In this document: positions 1 to 9,911 of the stretch, in pieces
Position numbering within the stretch: position 1 is the first letter of the stretch
Layout: each line of letters starts with the position of its first letter
NCBI GenBank assembly: GCA_035299545.1
Contig: DATGWJ010000024.1
Location: 18,150 to 82,149, forward strand
Length of the DNA: 64,000 nucleotides
Direction: 5' to 3'
From: Minisyncoccota bacterium
GTDB taxonomy: Bacteria > Patescibacteriota > Minisyncoccia > Phycocordibacterales > UBA9973
Made by a program: the position numbers and the translations under genes
Notes under the pieces: model-generated
Database searches by the model: none
The model's input: the letters and a program-made list of their open reading frames with translations, nothing else
Told to the model about the DNA's origin: nothing

Positions 1-306
1 TTTTTTATTAATCCAAGAACCAGTTTCTCCTGTTTTAGAAAAATTATCTACTTTATGAATACCAATAGCTCCGATAACTTTTTTCTCTGATTTTAATTCA
101 ATAAAGAAAAGATAATCATCTTTAACTTTCTGTTTCCATTTTGCTATTTTTCTTCCAATGAAATCAACCGCATCCTTCTTCTTATATGGGTATGGCACCT
201 TTAATAACATTTTTGAAACATCATATTCCCCCACCCCTTCAACAATATCCTTCCAGTCGTCCTTTCTAGGAATTCTTAATATTAATCTTTTAGTTTCTAG
301 TTTCAT
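1..306 (-). CDS. GNAT N-acetyltransferase, RimJ/RimL-like (runs off window edge)
   Basis: Hand translation from ATG 306: MKLETKRLILRIPRKDDWKDI...VPYPY...KVIGAIGI...TGETGSWINKK; the ETxRLxLR start is typical of Acetyltransf_3. Not in ORF track. Confidence 0.8.
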   Translation of the reverse strand, partial: MKLETKRLILRIPRKDDWKDIVEGVGEYDVSKMLLKVPYPYKKKDAVDFIGRKIAKWKQKVKDDYLFFIELKSEKKVIGAIGIHKVDNFSKTGETGSWINKK

Positions 307-373
307 AATTTTATTATTTATTTCCAATCTTTTATCGTGAGATCTTGCCTAACGATATAAAAAGAAAAAATTA

Positions 374-868
374 TTATTCTCCAGGTTTAAACAACACACC
401 ATCAAAAGGTTCAGGTCCATGTTTTGCGTAATCTTGTTCTGGAGGTAAAAATATGTTTTCTGAATACGCATGTATAGCAGAGGAGACTTCTTTTGTTAAT
501 AATTTATCTAGTTCCCCCACAACAGATTTAACTGCGAATGCATATGAACTAACACCAGGAACCATTTCTGCTGCACCAATAGGGCTGAGGTTTATTTCGT
601 GGACTCTTAATAACATTCTATCTTTTTCAGGAACTCTTTGATCACGAGATAGTTTTTGCACTGCTCTACTAAAAATCATTAAATTTTTGAAAGCTTTTAT
701 AGAAGAATCTCGAACAAGACCTCTGATACTCTCAATGTTTTCTTCTACCAATTTTTTCTCATTTCTTAATGACTGTATGAAGAAATCAGATAATTGTTCG
801 CGAGTTTCTTCAGAAAGCTCTAAATTCTCATTTTTATTATTTAAGTTTTGCGGTAAATTTTCTATCAT
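374..868 (-). CDS. hypothetical protein
   Basis: ORF track 374..877; ATG at 868 preferred because it abuts a repeated promoter element. Confidence 0.65.
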   Translation of the reverse strand: MIENLPQNLNNKNENLELSEETREQLSDFFIQSLRNEKKLVEENIESIRGLVRDSSIKAFKNLMIFSRAVQKLSRDQRVPEKDRMLLRVHEINLSPIGAAEMVPGVSSYAFAVKSVVGELDKLLTKEVSSAIHAYSENIFLPPEQDYAKHGPEPFDGVLFKPGE

Positions 869-908
869 ATATAACAAAAGTATAACATAAGTATGACTTT
901 TGGGGAGG
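865..908 (-). repeat. 44-bp promoter/operator repeat, copy 1
   Basis: 43/44 identical to 4264..4307; ends at the ATG; contains TG-n-TATACT on the minus strand. Confidence 0.9.
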
Positions 909-974
909 ATATCATGAGGTCTTACCTAGCAACATATAACAAGACGGTCTTTGTGAATTCCAATGCTTAATAAA

Positions 975-1478
975 TTAAGTAAAAATATCTTCCAAAAGTA
1001 ATCTCAATTTAACTGCTGCCCCCTCTACATCAGTTATTACAGGGTGAAAAGTATAAGAATGCTGAGAACTATCAAGTAATAATTTATAGCTAATAATTTC
1101 TTCGTAGACTCTCTTTTCTTTTAGATAAATCTGAACTTTTCCTAACAATACTTTTGTATCAAAATAATCCCCATCTTGTTTTATTTCATTTTCCTTCCCC
1201 ATCTTTTGAAACTTGCGAACAATACTTAAGGGTAATAGACGTCTAAGTAACAACATTGAACTAAATGGTTTATTTAAGGAAAATGAAAAATTAAACTCCT
1301 TACAAATTTCTCCAACATCTGTGGGTAAGGATTCAATAAGTGAATTAGGGAAAAGGGTTTTCTTGGTAAAATTAGAGTTCAAATCATTATTCTCTTCTCC
1401 AAATAAACTCAAATATTCTTCATATAATTCGTTGAAGCGTGGTTGCAATATTTCTACTCTAAATAATTTATTACTCAT
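975..1478 (-). CDS. hypothetical protein
   Basis: ORF track; ATG 1478 overlaps the stop of the upstream ORF. Confidence 0.6.
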   Translation of the reverse strand: MSNKLFRVEILQPRFNELYEEYLSLFGEENNDLNSNFTKKTLFPNSLIESLPTDVGEICKEFNFSFSLNKPFSSMLLLRRLLPLSIVRKFQKMGKENEIKQDGDYFDTKVLLGKVQIYLKEKRVYEEIISYKLLLDSSQHSYTFHPVITDVEGAAVKLRLLLEDIFT

Positions 1479-1698
1479 AATCCCAATGTCCTCCTGGATT
1501 AATAATTCTAATTGCTCCAAGTTCTTCTAATTTTTCTAATGCTTTTATTTCATTATCCGCAGTCAAAACACCCGGTCCAAAAAATCCAAAAGTAACCCAA
1601 TATTTAATAGTATCACCTGACAAAATCCTATAAGATTCTTCTTTTAACTTTCGCAATACTTCCCACTGTTCTTTTTTTATTTTATTTTCTAAATTCAT
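1471..1698 (-). CDS. hypothetical protein (possibly N-terminal half of a split gene)
   Basis: 75-aa ORF overlapping the next ORF. Confidence 0.55.
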   Translation of the reverse strand: MNLENKIKKEQWEVLRKLKEESYRILSGDTIKYWVTFGFFGPGVLTADNEIKALEKLEELGAIRIINPGGHWDYE

Positions 1699-1836
1699 AT
1701 TTTAATATTTCTTAAATCAAAATTTCACTCAACATTGCTGCGATGTATGGTCTGGTATGTACCAGGTCAGATGTCATAAAGGTATTCTACCACTATTTCT
1801 GATTACTCTGTGACCCGTTAGGTAATCTAGTGATTG

Positions 1837-1968
1837 TTATTTTCTAAAAATAAAGTACGCAATAACTGTACCCAATAATACAACTAGGCCAAACACCCAA
1901 TTACCTGTAGACAACCAAGCTATAATACTACCTATTATTGTTATAAAAACCCAAAAATATTTTCTCAT
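1837..1968 (-). CDS. small membrane protein, 43 aa
   Basis: Hand translation MRKYFWVFITIIGSIIAWLSTGNWVFGLVVLLGTVIAYFIFRK; ATGA overlap with the upstream gene. Confidence 0.65.
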   Translation of the reverse strand: MRKYFWVFITIIGSIIAWLSTGNWVFGLVVLLGTVIAYFIFRK

Positions 1969-2324
1969 AATGAAAGTATTACAAAAGCAATAATTACTAC
2001 AGGTACAGCAAGAAATATTACATTATTTATTATTTTTAATTTTCTAACTCTTTTATCGGCATCTAATTCAATATCACCTTTAATAAAATATTTAAAAGTA
2101 AGATTTGCTTTTTCAAATTTAGAAACATCATTAGAAATCATTGTTTGAAAGCCAGGTTCACCAATATCTACCCATTTTTGATAGTGATATTTTTTAATTC
2201 TTTTATATAAAAAACCTTGTGCAGTCCAAGATAAAATACACGAAGATATGACAAGAGCAGTCCAGATATAACTAGTTGAAGATTCCATACTGTGAATTAT
2301 AGCATTTTTTCTAAGCTCAAACAC
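1965..2324 (-). CDS. hypothetical membrane protein
   Basis: Two hydrophobic segments; start uncertain. Confidence 0.6.
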   Translation of the reverse strand: MFELRKNAIIHSMESSTSYIWTALVISSCILSWTAQGFLYKRIKKYHYQKWVDIGEPGFQTMISNDVSKFEKANLTFKYFIKGDIELDADKRVRKLKIINNVIFLAVPVVIIAFVILSL

Positions 2325-2344
2325 TTACCTGACTAGGTCGCTAT

Positions 2345-3295
2345 TTATTTAAAATACTTATTAAAATCAGGTCCCACATTAACCATATCAGCTAAAACGG
2401 GGTATGTTTTGCCATCAAATAGTAAAAGTCCCCAGCCTTGATTTAGAGATTTTTTATCCAACATGATTTCATCCCCAAACTCGGCGTTATCTCTCTTTAG
2501 GTTTATATATCTTTTATTTGTATAGACAGTTTTAATATTATTTTTTTCTAAAAATTCTCCAGCAACCGATTGGTAGTACATAGTATCATCGGCTCCTACA
2601 TAAAACCCTTCTTCATCATTCTTTTTCATTTCTTCTATTTCTGTGTCACTGGGCGAAAAAAATACTGCGACCTTGCCTTCTGCGGTGAAAATATCATTAG
2701 TATTTATATCCTTTATCTCATATTTATTATCCAAAAGAGTTCCTTTATCTATAGTCATAGTATCTTGATATAAAGAAAAAGGGTCGCCATAATGAAGAAA
2801 TTGAAAAGTTAAAATAGTTTTTGACCCAATCTTTTTTGTCTGCTCAAGAACTAAATCATGGCCGTCCTGTATATATGCCTCATTTTCAAACATTACTCCA
2901 TAACCCATCAGCCGATCATGTGCTAATTGCGCATCATCATTTGAGTCACATTGTTTGTTTAGTATTTCAATTTTACTTAAACTAAGATCTTTATGGGTAT
3001 TTAATATAGAAATTGAAACTGAACTATTTGTATTTTCATATTTTATCTTTGGCTCTAAAGTCACAGGAAATACATAAATTTTATCACCCAGACAATCAGA
3101 AAAAATGTAGGAATCATTGTATTTTACAAGGTAGCCCTCATGGGTTTCTTCGTCTCTTTCTTCATTTTGGCTTACCATATTCGAATTATAGTCAGACGAC
3201 TTGATTTCATTATTTTTGTTTCTTAAAATAAAAAAACTAACAATGGCTAGCAGAGATAACAATATAAAGACTGATTTCGTTAGGTTTTTGCTCAT
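2345..3295 (-). CDS. N-terminally anchored extracytoplasmic hypothetical protein
   Basis: 316 aa with an N-terminal TM/signal segment. Confidence 0.7.
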   Translation of the reverse strand: MSKNLTKSVFILLSLLAIVSFFILRNKNNEIKSSDYNSNMVSQNEERDEETHEGYLVKYNDSYIFSDCLGDKIYVFPVTLEPKIKYENTNSSVSISILNTHKDLSLSKIEILNKQCDSNDDAQLAHDRLMGYGVMFENEAYIQDGHDLVLEQTKKIGSKTILTFQFLHYGDPFSLYQDTMTIDKGTLLDNKYEIKDINTNDIFTAEGKVAVFFSPSDTEIEEMKKNDEEGFYVGADDTMYYQSVAGEFLEKNNIKTVYTNKRYINLKRDNAEFGDEIMLDKKSLNQGWGLLLFDGKTYPVLADMVNVGPDFNKYFK

Positions 3296-3358
3296 AGATT
3301 CATTGTAACTATTAATACTGATATAATTTCTATAATTATTTTTACCAGATTATCATTT

Positions 3359-4090
3359 TTAGGACATAATTATTAGCCCTATCGTTGTTAATACTATTAA
3401 TATAATAAACAATACGGCAGAAATCCACGCAGAGATAACAAAAACTTTTCTATATTTTTGCTTAGTTGAAGAAACTTCATTATTATTCTTAAGATATTTT
3501 ATAGCTATAAATGAGTGTATAGATAACCATAATATTACAAGTGACCAGTAAATATTACTCCCCATACCATTACCATTTATTTTATTAGAAACTGTCGCAA
3601 TCACATCCGTAATACCTATAATCATAACAACAACAGATGTCCATGTATTTCTTTTTATTGCTAACATAGATCCAAAAAATATTGAGATTAGACCATCAAA
3701 CCAACTGTATTGCATTTGGATAATTAAAAAAGAAAGAATTAATAGTATGATACCGATAATTAGAAACGTCCAAGATGTTTCATTTATTACTTTATTTGCA
3801 TGTTCAACTGAATCAATATCTAAGCTCCAAAATTTATTTTTAATTTTAAGCTCTTCAGTATTAATTTCTTTCTCAGAATACCCTTGTAATCCAAGTTTTT
3901 TATTTAAATATTTTCCAAGCCGATAAAAAACAAAACCAAGTAATAAATATGCAACTAGTATGTATACAAGGGGTATATTAAAATAATTATCAAGATAAGA
4001 ATATACTACAAGACCTAATATTGGCGAAAATACAAGCCAAACCAATATTAGTGTCCCAGACACTACACTAAAATTTATTTCTTTTTTCAT
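3359..4090 (-). CDS. multi-pass membrane protein
   Basis: About 7 hydrophobic helices. Confidence 0.7.
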   Translation of the reverse strand: MKKEINFSVVSGTLILVWLVFSPILGLVVYSYLDNYFNIPLVYILVAYLLLGFVFYRLGKYLNKKLGLQGYSEKEINTEELKIKNKFWSLDIDSVEHANKVINETSWTFLIIGIILLILSFLIIQMQYSWFDGLISIFFGSMLAIKRNTWTSVVVMIIGITDVIATVSNKINGNGMGSNIYWSLVILWLSIHSFIAIKYLKNNNEVSSTKQKYRKVFVISAWISAVLFIILIVLTTIGLIIMS

Positions 4091-4111
4091 ATAGATATTA
4101 TATCAGAATTT

Positions 4112-4267
4112 TTATTTCCAATCTTTTATCTCAATCTTTTTGCCTGCGGTTTTAGTAATCACGACTTTTTGCTTTTCTTTCCAACCCAATTCCCTCACTA
4201 CTTCTATTGGTAAAGTTACAAAATAAGACCCACCTGCTTTTTGAATGTTTCTTATATTAGTTTTCAT
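4112..4267 (-). CDS. AbrB/MazE/SpoVT-family DNA-binding protein, 51 aa
   Basis: Hand translation MKTNIRNIQKAGGSYFVTLPIEVVRELGWKEKQKVVITKTAGKKIEIKDWK; swapped-hairpin pattern GxSxxVTLPxExxxxLG. Confidence 0.85.
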   Translation of the reverse strand: MKTNIRNIQKAGGSYFVTLPIEVVRELGWKEKQKVVITKTAGKKIEIKDWK

Positions 4268-4307
4268 ATATAACAAAAGTATAACATAAGTATAACTTTT
4301 GGGGAGG
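4264..4307 (-). repeat. 44-bp promoter/operator repeat, copy 2
   Basis: Matches 865..908; tandem GTTATACTT boxes on the minus strand. Confidence 0.9.
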
Positions 4308-4311
4308 GTTC

Positions 4312-4734
4312 TTAATCTCTTTCCTCTCCTATATCTAAGCTATACATTTTAAAATCTTTTGTAATTTCATCATTGCTACCCAAATCTTTTCTAATAGCAA
4401 TAATCATATTTCGAAGTTTTGTAACCTGATTATCTTGATTTGTAGCAGATACTCCACCTGTATGAATAAAATCTTCTATTTCTCTTCGTACATCTTTATC
4501 AGCAAATAGTATAACCTCATTGTAGTATTTCTGTAAAAATTCTTTTTTTACTTTTCTTCTTTCTTCTTTTGATAAATTAGGATCATCTAAAAACGCTCTT
4601 GCATTATCTAAAAGTGAAGTATAAATTTTCATTTTTATAGCTCTTTTTTCTTGATCTCTAGTAAGTAAATAATTAAAAATACTTACTACCGCAGCTGAAG
4701 TAATTGCTATAATTATACTTTGCAAAAAATTCAT
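4312..4734 (-). CDS. hypothetical protein with N-terminal TM helix
   Basis: ORF track, 140 aa. Confidence 0.7.
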   Translation of the reverse strand: MNFLQSIIIAITSAAVVSIFNYLLTRDQEKRAIKMKIYTSLLDNARAFLDDPNLSKEERRKVKKEFLQKYYNEVILFADKDVRREIEDFIHTGGVSATNQDNQVTKLRNMIIAIRKDLGSNDEITKDFKMYSLDIGEERD

Positions 4735-4917
4735 AAATTATATATGTTATATAATAAAACTTTAAATTTTTCTCAAACTGGCTGGCCGTCTCGAGTTAGA
4801 ACCTTTTAATTCATTACCCTTTAAAACTATTTAAACTACTTTTATTATATTAAACGACGTATCTCGAGCATTTTAATATTTTTTACATTAACACATTGAC
4901 ATGATTTGAACACGTTA

Positions 4918-5469
4918 CTAAATTATTATATACTCTTTTAATTTTTTTAATATTTTACGCATGGCACTTATATTGTAGTCTTGATCATAGAATTGATATA
5001 TTTCAGTATTTGAATCATTGTCAATAATAAGCTGTCTAGTGTAAAATTGCTGTTTCCTCATTTCTTTGCTAATTGGGATAGGATTGGGGCCACTATTTTC
5101 AAAACAATTCTTATCAATAATACTAATTTCTTTTCCTTGTTCTTTTAATAAAACTAGTCCATCTAATCTTTCATCAAAATGTTCTAGATGATCTCTTGGA
5201 TTGTTTTTCAAAATATTAATGTCCATATCTTTATAATTACAGAAATATTCCTTAAGTGCTTTTTTACGTCTTTTTCTTATTTCTACAGTTTCATTGGTAT
5301 CATATTGAGTCTTAGAGGTATTAGGTAAAATTAATTTACATATATTAGATACATGTACCAAAAAATGATGATAATTACTATATTTTTCAGACCCCTTTAA
5401 TGATCTTTCTGCCCCGTCTATTTCCATGGAGATTTGATTAATATACAATTTTAGATGTTCCTTATTCAT
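4918..5469 (-). CDS. hypothetical protein
   Basis: 183 aa; contains RDHLEHFDER (Rx4H-like, possibly HEPN-related). Confidence 0.65.
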   Translation of the reverse strand: MNKEHLKLYINQISMEIDGAERSLKGSEKYSNYHHFLVHVSNICKLILPNTSKTQYDTNETVEIRKRRKKALKEYFCNYKDMDINILKNNPRDHLEHFDERLDGLVLLKEQGKEISIIDKNCFENSGPNPIPISKEMRKQQFYTRQLIIDNDSNTEIYQFYDQDYNISAMRKILKKLKEYIII

Positions 5470-5518
5470 TTGATTTAATTATAATGAAACTCGTGCGCGA
5501 TAACTTGTCACGACTTTG

Positions 5519-5589
5519 CTGCGGGACTTGGATTCGAACCAAGATACACAGTTCCAGAAACTGTAGTCCTACCATTAGACGATCCCGCA
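5519..5589 (-). tRNA. tRNA-Gln(CTG)
   Basis: Acceptor TGCGGGA/TCCCGCA; anticodon arm ACAGT-TTCTGGA-ACTGT; GTTCGAATC T-loop. Confidence 0.95.
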
Positions 5590-5687
5590 ATATTATTTAA
5601 TTGGCTCATATTGGGAATGCATCATCCCGCAAAACCTTTTAACAAGCACATAGTACCACAAAATAGCAAAAAAGACAGGTCGGCAAA

Positions 5688-5722
5688 TAAAAAATCGGCG
5701 TTGGGGCAACGCCGATTTTATT
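5688..5722. terminator. intrinsic terminator hairpin
   Basis: aaaatcggcgttg/caacgccgatttt inverted repeat with A/T tracts. Confidence 0.8.
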
Positions 5723-5729
5723 GTTACTT

Positions 5730-6347
5730 TTACTGTTTTCCACTACCATGACAATGCCAACATTTACCACTTCCTCCGCAAGCAGAGCATGTCCCGGATT
5801 GGCCATACATTGAGTACCTCCCTGTACCTCCGCAAACCTTACATGAGCCACTACCATAGCAGGTATAGCATACAGTATTACTACTGTTTGAATTACTATA
5901 ACTACCGCCATTGTTGTAGTTATTATAATTATTATACCCGCCGCCACTGTAACCACTGGTTATATTTAAATAGTTACTATAAAACTGGTCTTCCGATGAC
6001 CCGCATTTGGCATAGACAGATCTCCCCTGCTTATTAACCAAAACCATTCTGTCCTGGTTCATCCACAAGATTTTAGCCCGCGCAACTTCATTCCCCAATT
6101 TTACTTCAAGGATATCGCCATACAATTCATACGTACCGGAATAACTGACAGGCAAAATTAAAGATTGCAGGTCACCAGAGGTGAAAACCACTTCATTCTG
6201 GCTGTTGAATGAGAGCATAATGGACTGAGAAAATTTCTGCGGATTTTGTAGTTGCCACGTGTATCCGACAAGGGATTGGGCATTTGCATTAAAGAAAAAT
6301 ACTAACCCCGCAAGGATTAGTAACATGGTCTTTGCAATGTTTTTCAT
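5730..6347 (-). CDS. secreted protein with C-terminal DnaJ-type CxxCxGxG zinc-finger repeats
   Basis: Signal peptide ending ANA-Q; four CxxCxGxG motifs. Confidence 0.75.
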   Translation of the reverse strand: MKNIAKTMLLILAGLVFFFNANAQSLVGYTWQLQNPQKFSQSIMLSFNSQNEVVFTSGDLQSLILPVSYSGTYELYGDILEVKLGNEVARAKILWMNQDRMVLVNKQGRSVYAKCGSSEDQFYSNYLNITSGYSGGGYNNYNNYNNGGSYSNSNSSNTVCYTCYGSGSCKVCGGTGRYSMYGQSGTCSACGGSGKCWHCHGSGKQ

Positions 6348-6463
6348 GATTAGTTTTTATTAAGGTTCAAATTAATTAATCGTAATATAATATAATTAAG
6401 TTATTCAGTCAAGATAATAAACCATCTTTTAAATTAATCAAAATTAAGTTACAATAACCCAAT

Positions 6464-7144
6464 ATGGACATACAAAAAGAAGAAGAACACAAAGAACTAT
6501 CAGTAGAAGAAGTAAAATTTAAGATGATTCAAGACGAGTTCTATAAAGGGATAGACGCCGTAAGTAAATTCAACCCTTCCGTCACCTTTTATGGCTCCAC
6601 TCATTTGGATGAGAAAAGTGAATACTACCAGAAAGTTAAGCACCTGGCTTACAGAATAGCGAAAGAGCTCGGCTACGCCGTGCTTTCGGGAGGAGGTCCC
6701 GGCATAATGGAAGCAGCAAACAAGGGAGCATACGAAGCCGGAGGCAAGTCCGTCGGGCTCACAATCAAGCTTCCAGAAGAGCAACTCTCAAACAAATACC
6801 TTACAAACGAAATTCCATTCCATTATTTCTTCACAAGGCAATCATCGATGTCGTTCTCTACTGAGGTCTGTATTTTCTGCCCTGGAGGTTACGGCACACT
6901 GAACGAACTTTTCGAAATTCTTACATTAGAACAAACCAATAAAATAGGCAGAATTCCTGTAATTCTTTTCTGTTCTGAATTCTGGAAACCATTAGAAAAA
7001 TTAACTAACGAAATCCTCTTAGAAAGATTTCATACTATCGCCAAAGAAGATACACAAATATACACCATAATGGACGACGAGGATGAAATACTTAATATGA
7101 TTAAGAACAGTAAGATGCGTTACGGGGATGATTCTTTAATCTAA
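6464..7144 (+). CDS. LOG family (TIGR00730-like) nucleotide-binding protein
   Basis: SGGGPGIMEAANKGA and PGGYGTLNELFE motifs. Confidence 0.92.
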   Translation: MDIQKEEEHKELSVEEVKFKMIQDEFYKGIDAVSKFNPSVTFYGSTHLDEKSEYYQKVKHLAYRIAKELGYAVLSGGGPGIMEAANKGAYEAGGKSVGLTIKLPEEQLSNKYLTNEIPFHYFFTRQSSMSFSTEVCIFCPGGYGTLNELFEILTLEQTNKIGRIPVILFCSEFWKPLEKLTNEILLERFHTIAKEDTQIYTIMDDEDEILNMIKNSKMRYGDDSLI

Positions 7145-7149
7145 ATAGA

Positions 7150-7207
7150 AAACAAAAAACAAGGACTTACCTCGGGCTCATTTGAGGAAAGACCTTGTTT
7201 TTTGTTT
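7150..7207. repeat. REP-doublet-like palindrome in a convergent intergenic hairpin
   Basis: AAGGACTTACCTC-N10-GAGGAAAGACCTT; identical arms recur at 17185..17227. Confidence 0.8.
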
Positions 7208-7224
7208 AGGAAAACACTTGTGTT

Positions 7225-8901
7225 TTATTTATTCTTATATTTTATGCAGGCCTTGATGAATGCAGTAAAGAGAGGATGAGGGTCTAGAGGTCTTGCTTTA
7301 AATTCTGGATGGAACTGTGTGCCTAGGAAGAAAGGATGGTCTTTCGGTGATAGCTCGGCAATCTCACAGAGCTTGCCATCTGGTGATGTGCCAGAGAATA
7401 TTAACCCTGCTTTTTCTAATATTTCTTTATATTCATTATTCACTTCGTAGCGATGGCGATGACGCTCAGAGATTACTTCCTTCTTGTATGCTTCAAATGC
7501 AACACTTCCCTTTGCGAGAACTGCTGGGTAGGCACCTAATCGCATACTTCCCCCCATATTCTTGCATTCAATTTTCTCTTTCTGGTCTTCCATTACATCA
7601 ATCACAAGATTTTTTGATTTTGGATTTATTTCTCTTGTATTTGCATCTTTGAGTCCAAGCACATTGCGAGCATACTCGATAACCATCAACTGCATTCCGT
7701 AGCACAATCCGAAATATGGAATCTTCTCACGTCGAGCATAACCGATTGCAGAAATTATCCCTTCTATACCTGTCTCTCCGAAGCCACCAGGAACGATAAC
7801 TCCATCGAATTTCTTTAGCATTGATAACGGAAGTTTTTTAGACTCGAAATCTTTCGAATTCACGCAAGCAATCTCGATGCCTACACCGGATTCATAAGAA
7901 GAGAATTTCAATGCTTCAAGAATAGAAATATAAACATCAGACAGAACGAAATCTCCAGAGTCAAAATATTTCCCTACTACAGCAATCTTCACTTTGTGTT
8001 CGCCATTCTTTGTCTTGGTTACAAATTTCTTCCACTTAGTGAGGTTGGCTGGGCTCTTTGGTAAGCCGAGAACTTTCTCTATTGTTTCTCCTATTTTATC
8101 CTTTTCAAAATTAAGAGGAATATCGTAGATACTCTTCACATCTGGAGCAGAGATAACATTATCTTCAGGCACATTACAGAACAATGCGATTTTCTCTTTG
8201 CGTTTCTTGTCGAGAGCAATAGGACCACGTGCAACTATAATATCGGCTTGGACTCCCGCAGAGTTCAAAGTTCTGGAAGCATACTGAGTCGGCTTTGTTT
8301 TCATCTCACCTAAGTTTGAAGGTACAGGAAGATATGACACAAGCACGAACGCCACATCTTGCGGATTCTGTGATTTCAACATACGAGCAGCTTCTAGGAA
8401 AAGAACGTTCTGGTATTCACCAACAGTTCCTCCAATCTCGATAATTGTAATATCTGCATCAGCAAACTTTGCCGCACCTTTGATTCTGCTGATGATTTCA
8501 AGTGGGACATCGGGCACAACTTCTACGTTCTTACCTTTGTATTCCAAATTTCTTTCTTTGTTTATAACTTGCTGGTAAACTCTACCAGTCGTCATATAGT
8601 TACGCTCTGTAAGAGTAGTATTCAAAAATCTCTCGTAATTACCCATATCCTGGTCGCACTCGTAACCGTCATCCAATACGAAAACTTCCCCGTGCTCTGT
8701 AGGGTTCATAGTACCTGCATCTATGTTTACATATGGGTCTATTTTTATAGAAGTGACAGTATACCCTCTTGCCTCCATAAGAAGACCAATGGATGATGAA
8801 GCGACTCCTTTCCCGACACCTGATATAACTCCTCCGACTACGAAAATATATTTAGATTTAAGTAGACCTTTCTCTACACTTTTCTTTGATGGTTTTTTCA
8901 T
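7225..8901 (-). CDS. pyrG: CTP synthase
   Basis: GGVISGVGKG, KIDPY, GLCYGMQ, RHRHRYE, QFHPEF. Confidence 0.98.
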   Translation of the reverse strand: MKKPSKKSVEKGLLKSKYIFVVGGVISGVGKGVASSSIGLLMEARGYTVTSIKIDPYVNIDAGTMNPTEHGEVFVLDDGYECDQDMGNYERFLNTTLTERNYMTTGRVYQQVINKERNLEYKGKNVEVVPDVPLEIISRIKGAAKFADADITIIEIGGTVGEYQNVLFLEAARMLKSQNPQDVAFVLVSYLPVPSNLGEMKTKPTQYASRTLNSAGVQADIIVARGPIALDKKRKEKIALFCNVPEDNVISAPDVKSIYDIPLNFEKDKIGETIEKVLGLPKSPANLTKWKKFVTKTKNGEHKVKIAVVGKYFDSGDFVLSDVYISILEALKFSSYESGVGIEIACVNSKDFESKKLPLSMLKKFDGVIVPGGFGETGIEGIISAIGYARREKIPYFGLCYGMQLMVIEYARNVLGLKDANTREINPKSKNLVIDVMEDQKEKIECKNMGGSMRLGAYPAVLAKGSVAFEAYKKEVISERHRHRYEVNNEYKEILEKAGLIFSGTSPDGKLCEIAELSPKDHPFFLGTQFHPEFKARPLDPHPLFTAFIKACIKYKNK

Positions 8902-8976
8902 CCCGGTACTAAAAATTTTAATTAATAATATTATCTTTACTCCCCCGTAATCTAAATTTTAGTACGGGACAAGTAA
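8899..8976 (-). repeat. ~75-bp palindromic element ending in the pyrG start codon
   Basis: Near-identical to 18504..18581; IR TCCCGTACTAAAA...TTTTAGTACCGGGATG. Confidence 0.9.
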
Positions 8977-8980
8977 GTCA

Positions 8981-9904
8981 TTACTTCCGTAAATATCTAT
9001 GGATAGCAAAGATACTGGAAATAATTCCAATACTTACACCTGACCCAAGCATAATAATGAATAATTGTATGAAATTAGATTTATAGTATGTGTATAAATT
9101 AATTCCAACGAAATCAGTCATTTGGTTGCCTAGCCAGATAGAAACCGGTATGAATATTAAGATAGTAACAATAGATGAGACAACGCCCACAAATACACCA
9201 GAGACAACGAATGGTCCGCGAATATAACTCTTCGCAGCGCCGACAAGCTTCATCACATTAATCTCTTCGCGAGACATATAAATGATAAGGCGAATTGTAC
9301 TGTAAGTTATTAATAGTGAGATAACTACAAGGACGAATGACACAGCGAAGCCAAGCTTCCTTGCGCCATTAATGATAGAAGTAAGCCGATCTATAACAAT
9401 TTTATTCTGATGATAATCGATCTTATCGATACTTGAAATCTCAGCGGCAGATAGTGTGCCATTATTATCGAAATAGCGAACGATACTTTCATACTGAGAT
9501 GGATCTTTCGCTTTTATATTTAGAGAACCACCGAGTGGATTCTCATCGAGCTCATCTAAAGCTTGCAGGGTAAGGTAATCATTGGAGTGTTTTTCTTTGA
9601 ATTCTGCTAAAGCTTGCTCCTCTGATGTATAAGTAATATCTCTGACTTCTGGCAAATTTTTAAGAGTATCTTGGATTCCTAATATCGATGACTCTTCCGT
9701 ATCAGGAACGAAATAAACAGTGACATCAACTTTCTCTTTTATGTCATTGAGTGATGAATTTAAAGCCGCTTGTATGAATATAAGTGAGGTAATAACAAAA
9801 AGAGTTATCGTCATTATGAGTATGCTTGCGATGGAAGTGAAACCGCTTCGCGTAAAATTACGATAACCAGAAACTATTACTCTTTTCAACTTAGTGAAAA
9901 ACAT
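8981..9904 (-). CDS. ftsX: cell division permease FtsX
   Basis: 4-TM ABC permease with EIxVMKLVGA motif, adjacent to ftsE. Confidence 0.92.
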   Translation of the reverse strand: MFFTKLKRVIVSGYRNFTRSGFTSIASILIMTITLFVITSLIFIQAALNSSLNDIKEKVDVTVYFVPDTEESSILGIQDTLKNLPEVRDITYTSEEQALAEFKEKHSNDYLTLQALDELDENPLGGSLNIKAKDPSQYESIVRYFDNNGTLSAAEISSIDKIDYHQNKIVIDRLTSIINGARKLGFAVSFVLVVISLLITYSTIRLIIYMSREEINVMKLVGAAKSYIRGPFVVSGVFVGVVSSIVTILIFIPVSIWLGNQMTDFVGINLYTYYKSNFIQLFIIMLGSGVSIGIISSIFAIHRYLRK

Positions 9905-9911
9905 ACGATTA

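Noticed and set aside
1727-1823. Possible integron attC site (ACTCAAC...GTTAGGT) and other GTTRRRY-like cores in the accessory array
   Set aside because: Inner L boxes are not complementary, other spacers lack paired cores, and no integron integrase is visible.
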